DNA of 64,000 nt from Phycisphaerales bacterium (GCA_046350535.1 JAXMAG010000001.1:447488-511487); one strand, 5' to 3'; positions 1 to 12,087 are shown, counted from the first letter of the stretch. Program-made: numbers and translations. Notes: generated from the sequence alone by a model not told the origin.

Positions 1-728
1 CCCAGATCCTTGTGGAAGTAGCGGACGCCCGTGTCCAGGACCGCCACCGCGATGGACGGGGACCCGTTCTCCACGTCCCAGCCTTCGGGGGCGTCGATGT
101 CCTTGTCGCTCGTCTGGCTGAGGAACCACTGGTTGGCGAAGTTGCCGTCGTTCGGCACCCCGCAGAGGGCGTGCACGCCGATCGGCTCCACCTGGGTCAC
201 GAAGTCGCTGGCCCACATCGCCTCCATGGCTCCGGCGAGGTCGATCCGGTCCGTGTCGATGTGGACCACGTACCAGCCGGTCATGTCCGGCAGGCCGCGG
301 GCCTGGTCCGCGGCGCGGTCCGCGCCGGGGTACATGGGCCGGAGCCCCTGCGCCGCCAGGGACGCAAGGGTGTCATCCACCGGGCCGAAGCCGGTGATCG
401 CGGCATCGAGCGCCGCCGACTGGCGGATCACGTCCGCAGCCTCCGCCCGGAACTGCACCACGAACTCATCCTGCACCACCCACGCGGCGGGCAGACCGGC
501 GCGGGCGGCGGCGGCCGCCTCCTGGGCGGGGCCGAACCCCTGCCGCGCGAGCGTCAGGTGCGGCTGCGATTCGGGGACGAAGGTGGGGCACTGGTCCGCG
601 GGGGCGGGGTCGGCCGCCGCCGCAGCCAGGAGCGGCAGCGAGGCCAGGGCGATCGAGGCGCGGGCCAGCAGGCCGGTGGGCGCGGGGGCGCCGGCGGCGC
701 CGGCGGCGCAACGGGAAGCGTGGTGCAT
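1..728 (-). CDS. Secreted subtilisin-like serine protease (peptidase S8), N-terminal part only; gene runs off the left window edge
   Basis: Not in ORF track (no stop in window). Own minus-strand translation from ATG at 726-728 (GGAGGA 5 nt upstream): MHHASRCAAGAAGAPAPTGLLARASIALASLPLLAAAAADPAPADQ (signal peptide), propeptide-like region, then NDGNFANQWFLSQTSDKDIDAPEGWDVENGSPSIAVAVLDTGV = catalytic-Asp block of S8 proteases. Confidence 0.8.
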   Translation of the reverse strand, partial: MHHASRCAAGAAGAPAPTGLLARASIALASLPLLAAAAADPAPADQCPTFVPESQPHLTLARQGFGPAQEAAAAARAGLPAAWVVQDEFVVQFRAEAADVIRQSAALDAAITGFGPVDDTLASLAAQGLRPMYPGADRAADQARGLPDMTGWYVVHIDTDRIDLAGAMEAMWASDFVTQVEPIGVHALCGVPNDGNFANQWFLSQTSDKDIDAPEGWDVENGSPSIAVAVLDTGVRYFHKDL

Positions 729-853
729 CGGTGTTCCTCCACGAGATGGGGGCTCCGCAGGCACACGGGGTCACCATGACCCGTTGCCGGAGCATGAGAC
801 GCAACGCCACTATCATGCGCGCTTTCCGCGCCATCGCAACCCAGGAGCCGTCC

Positions 854-1717
854 GTGAGCACAGTCAAGCAGATCGCCGTCATCGGGGCCGGGACCATGGG
901 GTCGGGCATCGCTCTCACCGCCGCCCAGAGCGGATTCGCAGCCTGTGTGGTGGACGTCAGCCCGCCCCAGCTGGAAAAGGCCCGCGGCTACCACCAGAAG
1001 ACGCTCGCCCGGGCGGTGGAGAAGGGCAAGATGACGCAGGCGGACGCGGACGGGGCTCTCAAGCGGCTCTGCTACGCGGGTTCGCTCGCGGAGGCCAAGG
1101 CCGCGGATTGGGTGGTGGAGGCCGCCACGGAGAACGTGGAGCTGAAGAAGAAGATCTTCCGGGAGATGCAGGCCACCTTCCGGCCGGACGTGGTCCTGGC
1201 CACCAACACCTCCAGCATCTCCATCACGGATCTGGCGTCGGCCGTGGGCAAGGACGCGCCGCGGGTGATCGGGATGCACTTCTTCAACCCGGTGCCGGTG
1301 ATGAAGCTGGTGGAGGTGATCAAGGGGATCGCCACCAGCGAGGAGACGACGCGGCGCACGCTGGAGCTGGCCACGGCGATGGGCAAGACGCCCGTGCCCG
1401 CCAACGATCGGGCCGGATTCGTGAGCAATCGCGTCCTGATGCCCCTCATCAACGAGGCGTTCCACGCCTGGATGGAGGGTGTGGCGGCCCCGGAGGACAT
1501 CGATCGCATCATGCTCCTGGGCTGCAACTTCCCAATGGGGCCGCTGCGGCTCGCGGACTTCATCGGTCTGGACGTCTGCCACGACATCATGATGGTGCTC
1601 CACCGCGAGCTCGGGAATCCCAAGTTCTTCCCGTGCCCGCTGCTGCGGCAGCTGGTGCAGGCGGGACGGCTGGGTGACAAGAGCGGCCGCGGCGTCTTCG
1701 AGTACCCCGCGAAGTAG
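854..1717 (+). CDS. hbd: 3-hydroxybutyryl-CoA / 3-hydroxyacyl-CoA dehydrogenase
   Basis: Frame of track ORF 731..1717; start moved to GTG 854 (AGGAG 6 nt upstream). VKQIAVIGAGTMGSGIA Rossmann motif, GMHFFNPVPVMKLVEVI, GFVSNRVLMP, PMGPLRLADFIGLD: classic 3HCDH family blocks; length about 287 aa fits family. Confidence 0.9.
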   Translation: MSTVKQIAVIGAGTMGSGIALTAAQSGFAACVVDVSPPQLEKARGYHQKTLARAVEKGKMTQADADGALKRLCYAGSLAEAKAADWVVEAATENVELKKKIFREMQATFRPDVVLATNTSSISITDLASAVGKDAPRVIGMHFFNPVPVMKLVEVIKGIATSEETTRRTLELATAMGKTPVPANDRAGFVSNRVLMPLINEAFHAWMEGVAAPEDIDRIMLLGCNFPMGPLRLADFIGLDVCHDIMMVLHRELGNPKFFPCPLLRQLVQAGRLGDKSGRGVFEYPAK

Positions 1718-1728
1718 GACCGCCGTTC

Positions 1729-2559
1729 GTGGGGTTCCACCTCCGCAAGTGGTACCTGGACGTCGTGGACGGCCGCGGGCTGGCCACGGTGATGTACTGG
1801 GTGGACCTGAGGTGGGGCGCGCTGCGGGTGCGCGCCGCCGCCCTCCTCATGGAGCGCGAACGCGGCGCCCCGCTCGAGCGCACGTCGCTCCGCGGCGGCG
1901 CCGGGCCGCAGATCGGCGCCGACGGCCCGGAGTGGAGCCACCGCGGGCTGGGCGTGCGCGGACGGTGGCGGCGCGAGGCGGCGCCGGTGGCGTTCGAGTA
2001 CCCGTCCGCGGTGGAGGGGGGCGTGCGCTGGTGCGCCGAGGCGCCCGCCGCTGCGGTGGCGCTCGAGGTGGCCGGTGAGCGGCGCGACGGACGGGGCTAC
2101 GCGGAGTGCATCCAGATGACGGTGCCTCCGTGGAGCCTGGGACTGAAGGTGCTGCGATGGGGGCGCTTCGTGCCGGACTCCGGAGGGGACTTCGCCATCT
2201 GGACCAGCTGGTGCGGGGACACGCCGCTGGGTGTGGCGCTCACGCCGGATGGTGCGGCGCCGCTCTCCTGCGCGGACGACGCCTGCGCCGCGTGGGAGGG
2301 AGGACAGGTATGCCTCGCGGGGCGCAGGGTGCTGCGGGATGCGCCGCTGGCGCAGGGCGCGCTCGCCCGGCTCCGGCACGTGCTCGGGGCGGCTCCGCGC
2401 CGCTTCCTGGAGGCCCGGGAGCGCCGCGAGCATGCGGCCGCGGTGCTGGAGCGGCACTCCGCCGCGGTGCCGGTTCCGAGGCGAGGGCACGTGATCCAGG
2501 AGTGCGTCTCCTTTCCGGAGCCAGGCCTCCCGGCCGGCGGCGCGCCGCGGCCCCGGTAG
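1729..2559 (+). CDS. Hypothetical protein, possibly CrtC/AttH-like lipocalin-fold hydratase
   Basis: Track ORF 1729..2559 (GTG start). LRKWYLDVVDGRGLATVMYW and GRGYAECIQM...LRWGRF resemble the WWYxDalsDDG and GxGYxD...WGR blocks I recall from carotenoid 1,2-hydratase CrtC family; assignment from memory only. Confidence 0.45.
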   Translation: MGFHLRKWYLDVVDGRGLATVMYWVDLRWGALRVRAAALLMERERGAPLERTSLRGGAGPQIGADGPEWSHRGLGVRGRWRREAAPVAFEYPSAVEGGVRWCAEAPAAAVALEVAGERRDGRGYAECIQMTVPPWSLGLKVLRWGRFVPDSGGDFAIWTSWCGDTPLGVALTPDGAAPLSCADDACAAWEGGQVCLAGRRVLRDAPLAQGALARLRHVLGAAPRRFLEARERREHAAAVLERHSAAVPVPRRGHVIQECVSFPEPGLPAGGAPRPR

Positions 2560-2579
2560 AGTCAGCGTCGGGACCGACG

Positions 2580-4409
2580 TTGGGACGCTTCGCCTACGGG
2601 TTTCTCTTCACGGTGCTGGTGCCGGTGGCGCTGGCGCTGTGGGCCGCTCGGCTGGACGGGATCCTTCCGCTCCCGCCGGTACCGCCGCAGCCGTGGGCGT
2701 GGTGGGGCGTGGCCGCGGGCGTGGGCATCACGCTCTGGGGCATGTGGACGCTGCTCCGGCTGGGCGGCGGCCTGCCGATGAACGCGTTCCCGCCGCCGCG
2801 CCTGGCCCGCGGCGGGGCCTACGCCTGGTTCCGGGATCCGATCTACCTCGGCTTCTGCGTCGCGGCGGGCGCCATGAGCCTGGCGGTCGGCTCCGCCGCG
2901 GGCGCGTGGGTGGTGACGCCGGCGCTCTGCCTGGCGTGCCGGGCGCTCATCCACGGACATGAACGGCCCGGACTCGAACGCCGCTTCGGCGGCCCGGCGG
3001 GCGCGGCGTGGCGCTCCCTGGCGTCGCTCCCGCCGGACGAGGACGCGCCGCCGGGCGTGCGCGACGTCGTCTCCATCTGGCTGTGCGTGCTGCTGCCGTG
3101 GGCGCTCCTCTTCGAGGTGGTGGCCCGCCTCGTCGGCGCGGGCGGCGCGGAGGGCGCGGGCGGCACGGACGGCGCGGCCCCGGCGGGGGCGTGGCCCGCG
3201 CCGGCGTGGTGGTCCCCGCCGGGAGCGGCGCTCCTCCTGGTGCCGTGGTCTCTCTTCCTCGCCCGTTCGCGGGCCCGGCTGCGGCGCTGGGGCATGGACG
3301 CGCTGTGGATGATGGTGGTGGGGTTCGTGGGCTGCCTGGTCATGCCGGACGCGCTGCCGGCCTTCGTGGTGGCGTGGGTGCTTCTCGCCGCGTCGCTCGC
3401 GGGAGAGCGCTCCCTCGCGTGGCGGGTGGTGGCGTGGGGACTGGCGTGCGCTCTGCTGGCGCCGGTCGCGTTCGCGGGCGCACTGCAGGTGGTGGCGGGC
3501 GGCGTCCTCTTCGCGCTCGGTCGGTGTCGGAGGCGCGCGTGGATGGCCGCGTGCGCCGCGGCGGAGTGCCTGGCCAACTCATGGCGGGAGCGGAGGGTGG
3601 GTCCCGTGCGCTTCATCTCCCACGGCGCCTACGCCGGCGCGGCGGCGGGCGCGGGCGTGCTGATGGTGGCCATGCTCGCTCCGCACCAGGACCTGTGGGC
3701 GGTGGCGCTCGTCGCGGCGGCGTCGCTCCTGGGCGCCGCGCTGTGGGGCCAGTACTGGGTGGGCTCGCGAACGCTGCTGCGTCCCTTCGGCTACTTCGGC
3801 AGCCTCCTGGGGATCCTGGTGACCATCGCGCTCGCGGCGCCGTGGATCGACGCGCCCTGGTCGCTGGCCGCCGCCGCCGCGGTGGCCGCGCCGTGGGTGC
3901 AGGCGATCGGCCGTCTGCGCTGCCTGGTGCAGGGCTGCTGCCACGGCGCCCCGCACAGCGGCGGCATCCGCTACTGGCACGAGCGATCGCGCGTCTGCTT
4001 CGTCTCCGGATTGCGCGGCGTGCCGCTCCATCCGACGCCGGTCTACTCGATGCTCGGCAACGTGCTGACCGGCTGCCTCCTGGGGCGGCTCTGGGCGCTG
4101 GGAGCCCCGGCCTCCTTCGTGCTTGGCGCGTACCTCCTCCTGGCGGGGTTCTGCCGCTTCGTGGAGGAGGGGCTGCGTGGCGAGGTGCAGACGCCGGTGG
4201 TGGCGGGATTGCGGCTCTACCAGTGGTTCGCCATCGCTTCCGCGGTGGCCGGCGCCGCGGTCACCTGCGTGCGCGCCCCGGACGCAGGACCGGCCTCGGG
4301 CTTCTCCTGGATGGGGTTGGCGCTCGCCGCCGCGGTGGCGGTGATCCACTGGATCGCGATGGGCGTGGACCTGCCGGAGGGGCGCTGGCGCTTCTCCCGC
4401 CTGGCGTGA
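2580..4409 (+). CDS. Polytopic membrane fusion protein: N-terminal ICMT/PEMT-type methyltransferase domain + C-terminal Lgt-like (prolipoprotein diacylglyceryl transferase family) domain
   Basis: Frame of track ORF 2106..4409; start uncertain (TTG 2580 just after upstream stop, or GTG 2502 overlapping). N-term: GAYAWFRDPIYLGF...HGHERPGLERRFG (ICMT/PEMT motifs). C-term: IGRLRCLVQGCCHG, PLHPTPVYSML, LLLAGFCRFVEEGLRGE resemble Lgt blocks (GRxGNFxNGE, HPTQLYE, YGxxRFxxE). Many TM helices between. Confidence 0.6.
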   Translation: MGRFAYGFLFTVLVPVALALWAARLDGILPLPPVPPQPWAWWGVAAGVGITLWGMWTLLRLGGGLPMNAFPPPRLARGGAYAWFRDPIYLGFCVAAGAMSLAVGSAAGAWVVTPALCLACRALIHGHERPGLERRFGGPAGAAWRSLASLPPDEDAPPGVRDVVSIWLCVLLPWALLFEVVARLVGAGGAEGAGGTDGAAPAGAWPAPAWWSPPGAALLLVPWSLFLARSRARLRRWGMDALWMMVVGFVGCLVMPDALPAFVVAWVLLAASLAGERSLAWRVVAWGLACALLAPVAFAGALQVVAGGVLFALGRCRRRAWMAACAAAECLANSWRERRVGPVRFISHGAYAGAAAGAGVLMVAMLAPHQDLWAVALVAAASLLGAALWGQYWVGSRTLLRPFGYFGSLLGILVTIALAAPWIDAPWSLAAAAAVAAPWVQAIGRLRCLVQGCCHGAPHSGGIRYWHERSRVCFVSGLRGVPLHPTPVYSMLGNVLTGCLLGRLWALGAPASFVLGAYLLLAGFCRFVEEGLRGEVQTPVVAGLRLYQWFAIASAVAGAAVTCVRAPDAGPASGFSWMGLALAAAVAVIHWIAMGVDLPEGRWRFSRLA

Positions 4410-4449
4410 CGGCGGCGCCGCGGCAGCGGCGACCGTCGGCGCGTACCAT

Positions 4450-5094
4450 GTGCGGATGTTCCGCGGCGGCCCACCAGAGGGGCTCGACCACCTCATCTAT
4501 CTCGCGCAGGATCTGGATGCCGCATGCAGCGATCTGGAGCGGCGGACCGGCGTGCGCCCGGTGCGGGGCGGTACGCATCCCCAGTACGGCACCCACAACG
4601 CGCTCCTGGGCCTGGGGCCGCGCATGTACCTGGAGGTGCTTTCGCCGGATCCCGCGGCCGCGAGCTTCCCCGGCCGGGAGCTCTTCGGCTTCGAACGGCC
4701 TCCGCTGCCGCGCCTGGCCACCTGGTGCGCCGCGGTGGCGGATCTGGACGAACACGTGGCCCGCGCGGAGGCGAAGGGCGCGAACCTTGGATTGGTGGAG
4801 GCGGGCGGGCGTCGCCGGCCGGACGGCAGCGAGGTCCACTGGCGCATCACCCCGCCGCTCATGCAGGCGGGCGGACTGGTGCCGTTCTTCATCCAGTGGG
4901 GTGACGCGGCGCATCCGGCCACCGGGGCCCCGGCGGGATGCCGGTTGCGGCGCCTGGAGGCGGAACACCCGGATCCGGAGAGCGTGTGGAAGCTCCTCAA
5001 CGCCGTGGGCGTGGAGCTCTTCGTGAGCAGGGGCCCGCGGGCCCGGTTGGTGGCCACCATCGACTGCCCCGCCGGCGCGGTGACCCTGGTGTAG
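4450..5094 (+). CDS. Glyoxalase-like (VOC superfamily) domain protein
   Basis: Track ORF; GLDHLIYLAQDLDAA...GTHPQYGTHNALLGLGPRMYLEVLSPDP...PFFIQWG pattern typical of Glyoxalase-like domain proteins. Confidence 0.7.
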   Translation: MRMFRGGPPEGLDHLIYLAQDLDAACSDLERRTGVRPVRGGTHPQYGTHNALLGLGPRMYLEVLSPDPAAASFPGRELFGFERPPLPRLATWCAAVADLDEHVARAEAKGANLGLVEAGGRRRPDGSEVHWRITPPLMQAGGLVPFFIQWGDAAHPATGAPAGCRLRRLEAEHPDPESVWKLLNAVGVELFVSRGPRARLVATIDCPAGAVTLV

Positions 5095-5111
5095 GAGCGC
5101 GTGACGCCACC

Positions 5112-6287
5112 GTGGCCCACGGATACGACGTCATCGTGCTGGGCGCCGGCGCCATGGGGGCGGCGGCCGCGTTCCATCTCGCATCGCGCGGAGCGAGCGT
5201 CCTCGTCCTGGAGCAGTTCCTCCGTGGCCACGCGCGGGGCAGCTCCCACGGCGGCTCGCGCGTGGTGCGGCGGGCGTATTTCGAGCACCCGGACTACGTT
5301 CCGCTCCTCCGGGTGGCCATGGACGACTGGGAGGATCTCCAGTCGCGAACCGGGGCGAGGCTCCTGCACCGGTGCGGCGTCCTCTACGGCGGAGACCCGG
5401 ATGGCCGCGTGATCCGCGGCTCCGCGGAGAGCGCGGGCCGGCACGGGATCCCGTTCGAGCTCCTGGATGCGGACGAGGCGATGCGCCGCTGGCCGCAGTT
5501 CCGCCTGCCCCCGGGGATGGCGGCGCTCTGGGAGCCGGAGGCGGGATTCGTCCGCCCGGAGGCCTCCGTCTGCGCCTTCCTGCGACTCGCGGAGGGGCAC
5601 GGCGCCGTGGTGCAGGAGGGGGAGCGCGTGGAGTCCTTCGAGGAGGCCGGCCGCACCATCCACCTGGAGACGGACGCTCAGCGCTACGAATGCGAACGGC
5701 TGGTGATCGCCGCGGGCGCCTGGACCGGCGCCCTCTGCCAGGTGCTGGGGGTGCCGCTGCGCCCGACCCGCCAGGTGATGGGGTGGGTGGAGCCGGAGGG
5801 GCCGGAGGCGCAATCCGCGTCCCACGAGTCACGCCTCCCGGTGTGGCTGCTGGAGGACGGGCCCGCCGGACCGCTCTACGGCATCCCGACGGCGGACGGC
5901 CAGGGGGAGCCGGGCGGCGTGAAGGTGGCGCACCACCTGCCGGGACCGGTGATCGATCCGGACGCCGGCGCAGCGCCGCCCAGCCCGCGCGAGCGGGAGG
6001 TGCTCCAGCGGGACGTGGCCCGCATGGTGCCGGGAATCGCGGGACCGGTGCGCCACGCGGCCACCTGCATCTACACCATGAGCCCCGACGAGCACTTCGT
6101 CCTCGACCGCCTCCCCGGCCACCGGCGCACCTTCGTCGCGGCCGGGTTCTCCGGCCATGGCTTCAAGTTCGCGCCGGTGATCGGCCGCGCCCTGGCGGAC
6201 CTCGCCCTGGAGGCGGAGACGGAACTGCCCATCGGCTTCCTCTCGTGGCGCCGCTTCGGCGTCTCGAGGGCTCCGGACCTGGCGTAG
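5112..6287 (+). CDS. FAD-dependent amine oxidase, monomeric sarcosine oxidase / N-methyltryptophan oxidase (SolA/MSOX) family
   Basis: Frame of track ORF 4938..6287; start set at GTG 5112 just after upstream stop (5094). YDVIVLGAGAMGAAAAFHLA (FAD fold), GSSHGGSRVVRRAYFEHPDYVPL, CIYTMSPDEHFVLD, GFSGHGFKFAPVIG: MSOX/MTOX blocks. Confidence 0.85.
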   Translation: MAHGYDVIVLGAGAMGAAAAFHLASRGASVLVLEQFLRGHARGSSHGGSRVVRRAYFEHPDYVPLLRVAMDDWEDLQSRTGARLLHRCGVLYGGDPDGRVIRGSAESAGRHGIPFELLDADEAMRRWPQFRLPPGMAALWEPEAGFVRPEASVCAFLRLAEGHGAVVQEGERVESFEEAGRTIHLETDAQRYECERLVIAAGAWTGALCQVLGVPLRPTRQVMGWVEPEGPEAQSASHESRLPVWLLEDGPAGPLYGIPTADGQGEPGGVKVAHHLPGPVIDPDAGAAPPSPREREVLQRDVARMVPGIAGPVRHAATCIYTMSPDEHFVLDRLPGHRRTFVAAGFSGHGFKFAPVIGRALADLALEAETELPIGFLSWRRFGVSRAPDLA

Positions 6288-6415
6288 GCCCCTTGCCCCG
6301 GCGGCTCGCCCCGTCCGCGGGCGCCCGCCCCGAACGGGAGCGAGAGGTAGGGCCGTCCGTGGCCCGTGGGTGGTGTGTGCCGCAGCGCCCCGCTCGTCCC
6401 GGGAGCGACCGCGCC

Positions 6416-6892
6416 TCAGGATTCCTGCGTGATCGAGCGCCGCAGGCCGTAGAGCAGGCCGCCCACCGCGGAGAGGGACTCCCGGTAGGGCTGCCGCGCC
6501 GCCGCGTCCATGGAGGACTCCTCCGCGTGGAGCGTGAAGAGCCCGGCCACCGCGTTCGCCTCGTCCTGGGCCGCCATCAGCCGGGCGGGCAGCTGCTCCC
6601 GGGCGGTGGAGACGGCCGAGGCCACCGCGCCCACCAGCCGCACGCTCGCCTGCCGCAGCGCGGCGCCCGTCGGCGACTCCGCCGGCACCTCGTGCAGCAC
6701 CCGCCGGCCGAGCTCCATGGCCGCGGCGAAGGCCTGGCTCTTCTCGAACCAGAACTCCACCGGGCCCTCGCGCCGCTCCCGCGGGCGGGGTTCGCGTGCC
6801 GTCACCGCCGTGCCGGCGGCGCTCCCCGCGCCCGCTCCGCCCGAACCGCCCGAACCTCCCGCGCCGCCCCGCTGACCTGCCTTCGCAACCAT
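6416..6892 (-). CDS. Four-helix-bundle protein (23S rRNA intervening-sequence-protein-like family) with Gly-rich N-terminal tail
   Basis: Track ORF. FEKSQAFAAAMELGRRVLHEV...LRQASVRLVGAVASAV...EANAVAGL...LLYGLRRS follows the helix pattern of TIGR02436-type proteins (from memory). Alternative start GTG at 6760 would remove the Gly-rich tail. Confidence 0.5.
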   Translation of the reverse strand: MVAKAGQRGGAGGSGGSGGAGAGSAAGTAVTAREPRPRERREGPVEFWFEKSQAFAAAMELGRRVLHEVPAESPTGAALRQASVRLVGAVASAVSTAREQLPARLMAAQDEANAVAGLFTLHAEESSMDAAARQPYRESLSAVGGLLYGLRRSITQES

Positions 6893-7017
6893 CGCGTGTG
6901 TCCCCTTTCGATCGCATCTGGCGATCCGGGCCCACGGTAGTGGCCTGATTCCCCGATCCGCCGAAGCGCCCTCTTTTTCCTACGATCCGTCCCGCGGCCT
7001 CCGCCGCCCACGAACGC

Positions 7018-7911
7018 ATGTCGCATCAGGACCTCGCCCATCGACTCGTCCGGAGCATCGAGGCGGACCACCGCACGCATCGCACCGGCGTCCTCCCGCC
7101 GCCGGCCGCGGAGGAGGTGGTCGCGGTCACGGAGCGGCTCCGCTGGCTCCTCTTCCCGGGCTTCCTGGGGCCGCGCGAGCTGGCCCAGCACTCGGCGGAG
7201 CGCTTCGTGGCGGACGTGCTCTCGGAGGTGCGGGAGCGGCTGCTGCCGCAGCTCGTGGCGGCCTTCGCGGCGGGAAACGCGGGCGCGGCGGAGGACGTTC
7301 GCCCGCAGGCCCGCCAGGCCATGCTTGGCTTCCTGGACGCGCTGCCGCAGGTGCGGGAGCTCCTGGGTCACGACGTGCAGGCGGCCTTCGACGGGGATCC
7401 CGCGGCCCGCAACCTGGATGAGATCGTCCTCTGCTATCCGGGCATCCTGGCCCTCTCCGTCCACCGCCTCTCGCACGAGCTGTGGACCCGCGACGTGCCG
7501 CTCGTCCCGCGCATCATGTCGGAGCACGCCCACCGGCAGACCGGCATCGACATCCATCCAGGCGCCCGCATCGGCCGCGGGCTCTTCATCGATCACGGCA
7601 CCGGCGTCGTGGTCGGCGAGACCACGGAGATCGGCGAGTACTGCAAGATCTACCAGGGCGTGACGCTGGGCGCCAAGAGCTTCGAACGCGACGAGACCGG
7701 GCGGATCCGCAAGGGCTACAAACGGCATCCCACGCTCGAGGACCACGTGACCGTCTACGCGGGCGCCACCATCCTCGGCGGAGACACCGTGATCGGGCGC
7801 GGCACCGTCGTGAACGGCGGCGTCTTCCTCACCACCTCCGTGCCCGCCAACCACGTGGTGCGGGCCCCCAAGGTGGAGCACTCCGTGCGAACGCGGGACG
7901 ACCGCGGGTGA
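7018..7911 (+). CDS. cysE: Serine O-acetyltransferase (long form)
   Basis: Track ORF. DGDPAARNLDEIVLCYPG, IDIHPGARIGRGLFIDHGTGVVVGETTEIG, hexapeptide repeats ...TVYAGATILGGDTVIGRGTVVNGGVFL. Confidence 0.9.
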   Translation: MSHQDLAHRLVRSIEADHRTHRTGVLPPPAAEEVVAVTERLRWLLFPGFLGPRELAQHSAERFVADVLSEVRERLLPQLVAAFAAGNAGAAEDVRPQARQAMLGFLDALPQVRELLGHDVQAAFDGDPAARNLDEIVLCYPGILALSVHRLSHELWTRDVPLVPRIMSEHAHRQTGIDIHPGARIGRGLFIDHGTGVVVGETTEIGEYCKIYQGVTLGAKSFERDETGRIRKGYKRHPTLEDHVTVYAGATILGGDTVIGRGTVVNGGVFLTTSVPANHVVRAPKVEHSVRTRDDRG

Positions 7912-9272
7912 ACGCCGGCCCCGGCACCGCGCGGGAGTGGCTGCAGCCGCGTTCGCTTGCCATGCTGGCGCTCGGCTTTGCGAGCGGCCTTCCCAACACG
8001 GTGGTGACGGAGAGCGCGGGTCTCTGGCTCGCGGCGCTCAAGGCCCCGCCGGCCACGCTGGGCTTCCTGGGCGCCGTCGGCGGCATCTACTCCTTCAAGT
8101 TCCTCTGGGCGCCGCTGGTGGACGCGCGGGCGGTGCCGGGCGCCGCGTTCCTGGGCCGCCGGCGGAGCTGGCTGCTGGCGGCCCAGCTGGCGTGCATGGC
8201 GGGGATCGCGGCGATGGCCCTCGCCGGGCCGGAGGATGCGGATTCGTCGCTGCGCCCCATGGCGGCGGCGCTCCTCGCGACCGCGTTCGTCTCCGCCACG
8301 CTCGACGTGGTGGTGAACGCGTGGACGGTGGACGCGTTCCCGCGCAAGGCCCTCGGCATCGGGAGCGCCATGAGCGTCACCGGCTACCGGATGGCCATGC
8401 TCGCGGCGGGGGCGGCGGCGCCCTTCGTGGCGGTGCACGCCGGGTGGCGCGCGGCCACCGCGGCCATGGCCCTGTTCCTCCTGCCATCGCTCGCCGCGGC
8501 GCTCCTTTCGCGCGAACCTCCCGGCAGTCCTCCGCCGCGCCGCGGACTCCGCGAGTCGCTCGCCGAACCGGCGCTCGACCTCTGGCGCCGCATCGCCCGC
8601 GGCCCGGGCGGCGGCGCGGGATCCGACGCGGCGGCCGCACCCGATGCGCGGCGCCGCGTGATCGCGGGGCTTGCGTTCGTGGCGCTCTTCCGCCTGCCGG
8701 ACCAGCTGGCGGCCGCCATGCAGAAATCGCTGATCCTCACCACGCTCCAGTACTCGCCGGACCAGTACGCGGTCCTGCGGAACGGCGTGGGACTCGCGGC
8801 CACGCTCGCGGGAGCGGCCCTGGGCGGCGCCGCGGTGCTGCGCCTGGGGCGCGGGCGGGCGCTCCTCCTCGCCGGGATCCTGCAGGCCCTCTCGAACGGC
8901 GGGTTCATGCTGCTCGCGCAGCTCCCGCACGGCGACGGCGTCGCGCGACCCTGGAGCAGCATGGACATGGTGTCGCTGGGCGCGGTGGCCACCGTGGAGA
9001 ACCTCTGCGGCGGCCTCGTCGCCACGGTCTTCGTCGCGTACCTGATGTCCCTCTGCAGCCACGCCTGGTCCGCGGCCCAGTACGCCATTCTCACCGGCGT
9101 GATGGCCGCGGCCGGCGCCATCGCCAGCGCCGCCAGCGGTCCGCTCGCGGAGCGGCTCGGCTGGACGGTCTTCTACGGACTGACGATCGCCGCCAGCGTG
9201 CCGGGACTGCTCCTCATCCCCGCCGCCGCGGCGCTGGTTGCGCCGTCGTCGCAACCACGTGCGGAGGAGTGA
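7908..9272 (+). CDS. ampG: AmpG-family MFS permease (muropeptide transporter-like)
   Basis: Frame of track ORF 7482..9272; start GTG 7908 overlaps cysE stop (GTGA). LALGFASGLPNTVVTESAGLWL...IYSFKFLWAPLVD...GRRRSWLL are AmpG family blocks; about 12 TM helices. Confidence 0.75.
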   Translation: MNAGPGTAREWLQPRSLAMLALGFASGLPNTVVTESAGLWLAALKAPPATLGFLGAVGGIYSFKFLWAPLVDARAVPGAAFLGRRRSWLLAAQLACMAGIAAMALAGPEDADSSLRPMAAALLATAFVSATLDVVVNAWTVDAFPRKALGIGSAMSVTGYRMAMLAAGAAAPFVAVHAGWRAATAAMALFLLPSLAAALLSREPPGSPPPRRGLRESLAEPALDLWRRIARGPGGGAGSDAAAAPDARRRVIAGLAFVALFRLPDQLAAAMQKSLILTTLQYSPDQYAVLRNGVGLAATLAGAALGGAAVLRLGRGRALLLAGILQALSNGGFMLLAQLPHGDGVARPWSSMDMVSLGAVATVENLCGGLVATVFVAYLMSLCSHAWSAAQYAILTGVMAAAGAIASAASGPLAERLGWTVFYGLTIAASVPGLLLIPAAAALVAPSSQPRAEE

Positions 9273-9330
9273 CGGAGGGGCCGGTTCGCGGTAGGATGCG
9301 GGGTCCAACGCATCCCTCCAGGAGAGACCC

Positions 9331-12087
<2,757 letters not shown>

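Noticed and set aside
31-1677. 548-aa plus-strand ORF (and 12..779) spanning the S8 protease and hbd regions.
   Set aside because: It crosses two genes on different strands and frames and has low-complexity Ala/Arg/Gly composition. The real genes are the minus-strand protease (1..728) and hbd (854..1717).
2106-2579. Upstream 158 aa of ORF 2106..4409 as part of the methyltransferase-Lgt fusion.
   Set aside because: It overlaps the CrtC-like ORF in another frame and is Arg/Gly/Ala-rich. The first hydrophobic helix of the methyltransferase domain begins just after 2580.
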